Shown here one piece after another: positions 1 to 5,947 of a DNA stretch of 10,115 nt. A program made the position numbers and the translations under genes. How positions within the stretch are numbered: position 1 is the first letter of the stretch; every line of letters starts with the position of its first letter. Source of the DNA: Octopus sinensis (Eukaryota); assembly GCF_006345805.1 (NCBI RefSeq), contig NW_021827787.1:1-10115 (forward strand), read 5' to 3'. The notes under the pieces are model-generated. The model was not told the origin of the DNA and ran no database searches. It saw only the letters and a program-made list of their open reading frames with translations.

Positions 1-420
1 ATAAGTGCCGTTGTTGTTGGCGGTGGTTCTTGTAATAAGTGCCGTTGTTGTTGGCGGTGGTTGTTGTAATAAGTGCCGTTGTTGTTGGCGGTGGTTGTTG
101 TAATAAGTGCCGTTGTTGTTGGCGGTGGTTCTTGTAATAAGTGCCGTTGTTGTTGGCGGTGGTTCTTGTAATAAGTGCCGTTGTTGTTGGCGGTGGTTCT
201 TGTAATAAGTGCCGTTGTTGTTGGCGGTGGTTGTTGTAATAAGTGCCGTTGTTGTTGGCGGTGGTTGTTGTAATAAGTGCCGTTGTTGTTGGCGGTGGTT
301 GTTGTAATAAGTGCCGTTGTTGTTGGCGGTGGTTGTTGTAATAAGTGCCGTTGTTGTTGGCGGTGGTTCTTGTAATAAGTGCCGTTGTTGTTGGCGGTGG
401 TTCTTGTAATAAGTGCCGTT
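1..420. repeat. 34-bp minisatellite, 12 full units plus a partial 13th (runs off the window start)
   Basis: Unit ATAAGTGCCGTTGTTGTTGGCGGTGGTT(C/G)TTGTA starts at 1, 35, 69 ... 409. The only variable site is C/G at unit position 29. Confidence 0.97.
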
Positions 421-447
421 AATGTTCTTCTTCTCGCTCTATTTGTC

Positions 448-476
448 GTTGTTGTTGTTGCTGTTGTTGCTGTTGC
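448..476. repeat. (GTT/GCT)n microsatellite
   Basis: Directly visible trinucleotide run. Confidence 0.9.
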
Positions 477-523
477 TACATTTCCTTTTATTTTCCTGCC
501 ATTGATGCAATTGCAGTGGTTCT

Positions 524-807
524 TTGAGCGAAGCAGTCTTCGACCCAGAGCTCGCAAGATCGCGCCTCAGGATTGTCTGTAGTGGGAAAAGTCCGAAACG
601 TGGTCCTTTGCTATTCATAAGACCCGCAGAAGAGAAAGCAGGTCAACCCCCGACACCGAGAGCATCAACGGATGGATGAATGCGCATCCAGTCTCAACGG
701 TTGCGTAGGAAGTCGGGGACAAGAAACAAGAAGAAAGAGTGAGAGAAAGTTATGGTGGCGAAAGAGTACAACAGGGGTCGCCAACACCCCCTGCCGGAGA
801 CTCGTGG
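524..807 (-). mobile_element. tRNA-derived SINE, family A, 5'-truncated copy (A1)
   Basis: Aligns by eye with 858-1120 (e.g. CGAAACGTGGTCCTTTGCTATTC, GCAGGTCAACCCC, GCGTAGGAAGTCGGGGACAAGAAAC). It lacks the tRNA head and breaks at CTCGTGG into a (TGG)n run. Confidence 0.85.
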
Positions 808-860
808 TGGTGGTGGTGGTGGTGGTGGTGGTGGTGGTGATGATGTTTGTGTTGCTGTTG
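805..860. repeat. (GGT)n/(GAT)/(GTT) run, probably the simple-repeat tail of SINE A2
   Basis: Directly visible; lies at the 3' end of the minus-strand SINE. Confidence 0.8.
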
Positions 861-1234
861 AGCGGACGGTCTTAGTCCCAGAGCACGCAAGACGGGAGAA
901 GTACGAAACGTGGTCCTTTGCTATTCGTAAGACCCGCAGCAGAGAGAAAGCAGGTCAACCCCCCGACAGCGAGAGCATCGACGGATGGATGGATGAATGC
1001 GCATCCAGGCTCAGCGGTTGCGTAGGAAGTCGGGGACAAGAAACAGGAAGAAAGAGTGAGAGAAAGTTGAAGCGAAAGAGTACAACAGGGGTCACCACCA
1101 CCCCCTGTGGGAGCCTCATGGAGCTTTAAGTGTTTTCGCTCAATAAACACACACAACGCCCGGTCTGGGAATTGAAACCACAATCCTCCGACCGCGAGTC
1201 CGCTGCCCTAACCACTGGGCCATTGCGCCTCCAC
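858..1234 (-). mobile_element. tRNA-derived SINE, family A, full-length copy (A2)
   Basis: The minus strand starts GTGGAGGCGCAATGGCCCAGTGGTTAGGGCAGCGGACTCGCGGTCGGAGGATTGTGGTTTCAATTCCC, with a Pol III A-box (TGGCCCAGTGG) and B-box (GGTTTCAATTCC). The head is near-identical to the one ending at 4254. Confidence 0.9.
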
Positions 1235-1297
1235 TGTTGTTGGTGTTGTTGTTGTTGCGATTATATAAGAATCAGTTGCTATTGTTATTATTGTTGT
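1235..1297. repeat. (TGT)n and (ATT)n short microsatellites
   Basis: Directly visible. Confidence 0.75.
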
Positions 1298-1325
1298 CGG
1301 TTTTGTACTATATATCATTTATTCA

Positions 1326-1560
1326 GGCGGCGAGTGGCAGAAACGTTAGCACACCGGACGAAATGCTTTGCAGTATTCCGTCTGACGTTACGTTCTGAGT
1401 TCAAATTCCGCCGAGGTCGACTTTGCGTTTCATCCATTCGGGGTAGATAAATTAAGTACCAGTTACGCACTCGAGTTGATGTCATCGACTAAAATCCCTT
1501 TGTCTGTCCTTGTTTGTCCTCTCTATGTTTAGCCCCTTGCGGGTAGTAAGGAAATAAGTA
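1326..1560 (+). mobile_element. tRNA-derived SINE, family D, with Deu/Nin-like central domain (D1)
   Basis: A-box-like TGGCAGAAACG and B-box GAGTTCAAATTCC. The central TTTCATCCATTCGGGGTAGATAAATTAAGTACCAG resembles the Deu/Nin SINE domain as I recall it. The segment is repeated at 1560-1698. Confidence 0.8.
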
Positions 1561-1698
1561 TCGTTAGCACTCCGGTAAAAATGCTTAGCGGCATTTCTTC
1601 CGTCTTTACATTATGAATTCAAATTCTGCCGACGTTGATTTTGCCTTTCTTCTTTTCGGGGTCGATAAATTAAGTACCAGTGAAACACTGGCGTCGAA
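1560..1698 (+). mobile_element. Second, doubly truncated family D SINE (D2), directly adjacent to D1
   Basis: CGTTAGCAC...AATTCAAATTCTGCCGA...TTCGGGGTCGATAAATTAAGTACCAG parallels D1. Confidence 0.8.
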
Positions 1699-1701
1699 TA
1701 C

Positions 1702-2036
1702 CCCATTCCACTCAAAAGGTCCCTGAATAAGGGTTGTTTAAGGATGTAGCATGAAACACCCATGTTTCCAAAGGTGAATTATCCAAACCTCTAAGATTTC
1801 CTCTCAACACATGGCTATGATGCTCCCCCACTACTTCTGCTCGTGATCAGAGATGCACATATCGTCAGCCACTAAGGGACATACTCAACTGCTTAAGGTC
1901 AAACAACTGACAAGCAAATCTGTGGTATTGAGCAGAATATTTGCTGTAGCCCATCTTTTATACCAAGACAAAACGATGTACATGATAACATTTCCAATCA
2001 GTTAAGATCAGAAGCCATGAGAGCCACTGCCTGGTA
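1702..2036 (-). mobile_element. Unclassified interspersed repeat, family C, partial copy (C1)
   Basis: Near-identical to 2446-2755 over ~310 bp. The strand is inferred from the (AAT)n tail of C2. Confidence 0.7.
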
Positions 2037-2077
2037 TATTATTATTGTTATCATTATTATTATTATTATTATTATCA

Positions 2078-2155
<78 letters not shown>

Positions 2156-2156
2156 A

Positions 2157-2210
<54 letters not shown>

Positions 2211-2237
2211 ATTATTATTATTATTATTATTATTATT
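2037..2237. repeat. Compound (ATT)n-(CAT)n-(ATT)n microsatellite
   Basis: Directly visible; source of the poly-Ile, poly-Met and poly-Ser ORFs. Confidence 0.97.
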
Positions 2238-2754
2238 GAGTGAGAGAGCAGTTCATGCCATCAAAGTGACACTGGGGTAAAATATACGAAGCCCAATATA
2301 CCCATCATGACTACCCGTCTGATAAAGGTACACCAGGCACATGCATCACAACCATATGTGCGCGACATGGTGATCTCATATCAAGATAAACAGCACATGA
2401 CCTTGCAGGTGGGTTCCAGTTAGAATTTTCTTCAGGTTGAGTAGCCCATCCCACTCAAACGGTCCCTGAATAAGGGTTGCTTAAGGATGTTGAAAGAACC
2501 ACCCATGTTTCCAGAGGTGAACTATTCAAACCCCAAAGAATCCCTCTCAACACATGGCTATGATGCTCCCCCACTACTTCTGCTCGTGATCAGAGATGCA
2601 CATATCGTCAGCCACTAAGGGACATGCTCAACTGGTTAAGGTCAAACAACTGACAAGCAAATCTGTGGTATTGAGCAGAATATTTGCTGTAGCCCATCTT
2701 TTATACCAAGACAAAACAATGTACATGATAACACTTCCAATCAGTTAAGATCAG

Positions 2755-2755
<1 letters not shown>
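2238..2755 (-). mobile_element. Unclassified interspersed repeat, family C, longer copy (C2), flanked on both sides by (ATT)n
   Basis: Duplicated with C1. On the minus strand it ends ...CTCTCTCACTC(AAT)n. No tRNA boxes and no ORF. Confidence 0.7.
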
Positions 2756-2792
<37 letters not shown>

Positions 2793-2843
2793 CATTATTA
2801 TTATTATTATTATTATTGTTGTTGTTGTTATTATTATTATTAT
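2756..2843. repeat. (ATT)n microsatellite
   Basis: Directly visible. Confidence 0.95.
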
Positions 2844-2844
2844 T

Positions 2845-3611
2845 GGTTTTGTTGAGGTGAGGTCTTTTCTCTGGTAGGGTTTATGTGGATAGCAGTTTTG
2901 TACCTATAGTCTTAGGTATCCATAACCTTTCGGCAGTCTTTCAAGTCTTTACAAACCCCTTGATTATTCTTGGCCCCTGGAATGTCGTCAGGCAATCACA
3001 GCCCTTAACCAGTTGGGCAATGGGAATGGTTGATGTTCCGCTTTAGAAATTTAAAGAGGATTAGTAGCGGGGAAGTGCGACGATGCTCTCGGGCAGACTC
3101 TGGGCGCCGACGATAACGAACTGGCTAGTCTGTTCCGGGGGACTTTCCGGTCGGGAACTATCATGTATCATGGGTAATTTCCAGATGTCCTTCGCCTAGT
3201 GGTGCTACTGGAGTTGGGGGCGCTACCGGTTCGAGATAAACCCTACAGGCACGGATGTGCTGTCTGGCGGAATTGTCCGCGGTGCGCGCAGAGCGAGGGA
3301 ACCGTTCTGTACGCCCTCTTTCCGTGTCCAAGCAATGCTGACTTGTGGGGGTTATGTTGAACAGCTTCTGTCACATGTGGGACGGATCTGTCTGTCAGCC
3401 GAGTCTGTAGTGATGATCGCACCGCCACCTGGTAGCTGTGGCGAAAGGGGGCTGTTTGGTGGACAAGGCTGAAACGCATGAGGGCAGATATATTCCTCTT
3501 TGAAAAGCAAATTGAGAGTGGAGTTGGAAGTGATGTCCTCTTGTGAGTTTACTGAAAAATACGTGGAAGCTGTGAAAATGGCAAGAGTCGGTGGTACTTC
3601 TCTAAGTATAG
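2845..3611 (+). pseudogene. Decayed L1/Tx1-type non-LTR retrotransposon, ORF2 C-terminus (zf-RVT-like region)
   Basis: Manual translation across stops and frameshifts gives WPLECRQAITAL...RGLVAGKCDDALGQTLG...NFQMSFA*WCY...GALPVRDKPYRHG...CPRCAQSEGTVLYALFPCPSNADLW...YVEQLLSHVGRI. This is a CxxC...(H>Y)...C knuckle starting at 3274. The 5' boundary is approximate. Confidence 0.75.
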
Positions 3612-3877
3612 TGGTGGAAGCACTCCGTCGGTTACGACGATGATGGTTCCGGTTGATCCGAATCAACGGAACAGCCTGCTCGTGAAATTAACGTGTAAGT
3701 GGCTGAGCATTCCACAGACACGTGCACCTTTAACTAGTTCTCGGGGATATTCAGCGTGACACAGAGAGTGACAAGGCCGGCCCTTTGAAATTCAGGTACA
3801 ACAGAAACAGGAAGTAAGAGTGAGAGAAAGTTGTGGCGAAAGAGTCAGCAGGGATCACCACCATCCCCTGCAGGAGC
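3612..3877 (-). mobile_element. tRNA-derived SINE, family B, 5'-truncated copy (B1)
   Basis: Matches 3875-4113 with about 17 differences in ~260 nt (hand count); no head. Confidence 0.88.
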
Positions 3878-4254
3878 ACTCCGTCGGTTACGACGATGAG
3901 GGTCCCAGCTGATACGATCAATGGAACAGCCTGCTCGTGAAATTAACGTGTAAGTGGCTGAGCACTCCACAGACACGTGTACCCTTAACGTAGTTCTCGG
4001 GGATATTCAGCGTGACACAGAGAGTGACAAGGCCGGCCCCTTGAAAGACAGGTACAACAGAAACAGGAAGTAAGAGTGAGAGAAAGTTGTGGTGAAAGAG
4101 TACAGCAGGGATCACCACCATCCCCTGCCGGAGCCTCGTGGAGCTTTTAGGTGTTTTCGCTCAATAAACACTCACAACGCCCGGTCTGGGAATCGAAACC
4201 GCGATCCTGTGACCGCGAGTCCGCTGCCCTAACCACTGGGCCATTGCGCCTCCA
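3875..4254 (-). mobile_element. tRNA-derived SINE, family B, full-length copy (B2)
   Basis: Minus-strand head with A-box TGGCCCAGTGG and B-box GGTTTCGATTCC. The B1+B2 dimer is flanked by the direct repeat CTCTAAGTATAG at 3600-3611 and 4255-4266. Confidence 0.9.
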
Positions 4255-4266
4255 CTCTAAGTATAG

Positions 4267-4485
4267 ACATGTTAGGCGGAGAGAAGGAATCGGAGAGGGT
4301 ACCTGCTCTTAGGATTTCAGGAAAATCTCGGACAGTGGGGCTCCTTGATTATCACTAGAAGCGTTCCTCTATCAGGAGGGCCACATCTCTATCATCCTCC
4401 CCACTTTCGTTTTTCATTTTACCTTTGCATACTATGCATGTGTCCCTTCTTTTCCAGTGTATTCGTTTCTTCTTTTTATTATTTC
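4267..4485 (+). mobile_element. Continuation of the Tx1-type LINE (end of ORF2 and 3' UTR) after the SINE B dimer
   Basis: Joins 3611 across the 12-bp target-site duplication; pyrimidine-rich UTR-like sequence. Confidence 0.6.
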
Positions 4486-4796
4486 GAAACTGCAGGTTAA
4501 CGAGAGAGGGATGACCTCCCTTTGCAAATACCATAAGGGCACAGAAAGTGTGCCTAAAGCCAGCTGGAGACGATGATCTCCTGGGACTACAAGCTACAGT
4601 AACACCCACCCTTAGTGGTTAGCCATATTGAGGTGGCTAGTATACTTTACGTTGTCGAGCGGTTACTGTTTACATCTCGTTCAGAGATTTATTATTGCTT
4701 GCAGACACTTTCTCGAAATCAGTGACGGAAGTTACTGGAAAAACATTAAATAAATATTCGCAAACAGGTCTCTCCTCATCGAAAACCGGTGTTTAC

Positions 4797-4842
4797 CGTA
4801 CGTTGACAAGAGGCAAAATACCTCGAAACTGCAGTCCGTGCG
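4797..4842 (+). ncRNA. Minimal type I hammerhead ribozyme, U3-A8 variant (copy 1); predicted cleavage after C4836
   Basis: CGUACG (stem I), UUGACAA (core), GAGG caaaaua CCUC (stem II), GAAA, C ugca G (stem III), UC, CGUGCG (stem I'). Every helix pairs, with one G-U. Confidence 0.8.
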
Positions 4843-5153
4843 TATCACTTAGGTTTACGAGAGAGTGATGACCTCCCTTTGCAATACCATAAAGGCACAG
4901 AAAGTGTGCCTAAAGCCAGCTGGAGACGATGATCTCCTGGGGCTACAAGCTACAGTTACACCCACCCTTAGTTGTTAGCCATATTGAGATGGTTAGTATA
5001 CCTTACGTTGTCGTGCAGTTACTGTTTATATCTCGTTCAGAGATTTATTATTGCTTGCAGACAGTTTTTCGAAATCAGTGACAGTAGTTACTGGGAAAAA
5101 CATTAAATAGATATTTGCAAACAGGTCTCTCTTCATCGAAAACCGGTTATTAC

Positions 5154-5198
5154 CGTACGTTGACAAGAGGCAAATACCTCGAAACTGCAGTCCGTGCG
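5154..5198 (+). ncRNA. Minimal type I hammerhead ribozyme, U3-A8 variant (copy 2); predicted cleavage after C5192
   Basis: Identical to copy 1 except loop II is CAAAUA (one A shorter). Confidence 0.8.
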
Positions 5199-5284
5199 TA
5201 TCACATAGGTTTACGAGAGAGGGATGACCTCCCTTTCCAAATACCACAAGGGTACTGAAAGTGTGCCTAAAGCCAGCTGGAGAC

Positions 5285-5667
5285 TCTCTTTTACTCTTTA
5301 CTCTCCTACTTGTTTCAGTCATTTGACTGCGGCCATTCTGGAGCACCGCCTTTAGTCGAGCAAATCGACCCCGGGACTTATTCTTTGTAAGCCCAGTACT
5401 TATTCTATCGGTCTCTTTTGCCGAACCGCTAAGTAATGAGGACGTAAGCACACCAGCATCGACTGTCAAGCAATGCTAGGGGGACAAACACACACACACA
5501 AACACACACACGCATACATATATATATATATATACGACAGGCTTCTTTCAGTTTCCGTCTACCAAATCCACTCACAAGGCATTGGTCGGTCCGGGGCTAT
5601 AGCAGAAGATACTTGCCCAAGATGCCACGCAGTGGGACTGAACCCGGAACCATGTGGTTGGTTAGCA
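5285..5667 (-). mobile_element. CORE-type SINE, family E, 5'-truncated, with internal (TG)/(TA) tract and (GAGTAAAA)-like tail
   Basis: The minus strand has a B-box-like GGGTTCAGTCCC followed by TGGCATCTTGGGCAAGT, which resembles the MIR/CORE motif CCTTGGGCAAGT. The A-box is missing. It interrupts monomer 3 of the array. Confidence 0.8.
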
Positions 5668-5740
5668 CTGGGGCTACAAGCTACAGTAACACCCACCCTT
5701 AGTGGTTAGCCATATTGAGATGGCTAGTATACTTTACGTT

Positions 5741-5835
5741 ATTATTTCATTACTATATGTAAACCCTCACATTTTATGTTTGTCTCTTTATTGTCCCCTA
5801 CATCCTTCGCTCTTGTGGCAAATAAATGAAATCAC

Positions 5836-5836
<1 letters not shown>
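5741..5836 (+). mobile_element. Probable remainder of the Tx1-type LINE 3' UTR with AATAAA (5821-5826) before an (AAT)n tail
   Basis: Joins 4485 across the 10-bp direct repeat; poly(A)-signal-like hexamer followed by a simple-repeat tail. Confidence 0.5.
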
Positions 5837-5890
<54 letters not shown>

Positions 5891-5947
5891 TTAATAATAA
5901 TATTAATAATAATAATAATAATTGTTATTATTATTATTATTGTTATT
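5837..5947. repeat. (AAT)n abutting (ATT)n, an inverted microsatellite junction at ~5921
   Basis: Directly visible. Confidence 0.9.

Larger units (their letters stand above)
4486..5738 (+). mobile_element. Retrozyme-like tandem array: ~2.5 copies of a 356-bp hammerhead-containing monomer, third copy interrupted by a SINE
   Basis: GAAACTGCAG recurs at 4486, 4825 and 5181. Units 1 and 2 differ at about 25 of ~330 positions (hand count). A hammerhead fold sits at each internal junction. The direct repeat TTATTATTTC lies at 4476-4485 and 5739-5748. Confidence 0.8.

Noticed and set aside
1-420. CRISPR-like array of 34-bp direct repeats
   Set aside because: The units are contiguous with no unique spacers, the context is eukaryotic and there are no cas genes.
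594-611. CGAAACGTGGTCCTTTGC in SINE family A (also at ~904-921) resembles a hammerhead 3' half
   Set aside because: There is no CUGANGA-type core with a foldable stem II upstream in either copy, and it is antisense to the SINE. The GCAAG/CTTTGC complementarity is better explained as a 3' stem-loop of the SINE tail.
1130-1234. tRNA genes at the SINE heads (also ending at 4254, and at 1326-1410)
   Set aside because: A and B boxes are present, but there is no complete cloverleaf or acceptor stem, and each continues into a repeated SINE body.
1995-2015. TAAGATCA match to U2 snRNA in family C
   Set aside because: Only 8 nt match; the rest of U2 (branch-recognition region, Sm site) is absent.
4584-4668. 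HDV-like ribozyme topology in the monomer (GGCUA/UAGCC, CAGUAAC/GUUACUG, ACC/GGU)
   Set aside because: L3 is too long and lacks the YCC/GG P1.1 pair, J4/2 is not canonical, and unit 1 and unit 2 substitutions break P1 or P2.
5026-5469. 147-aa minus-strand ORF over the 356-bp repeat as a coding tandem repeat
   Set aside because: It starts inside a SINE, the period of 356 is not a multiple of three, indels between units shift the frame, and no domain is recognisable.
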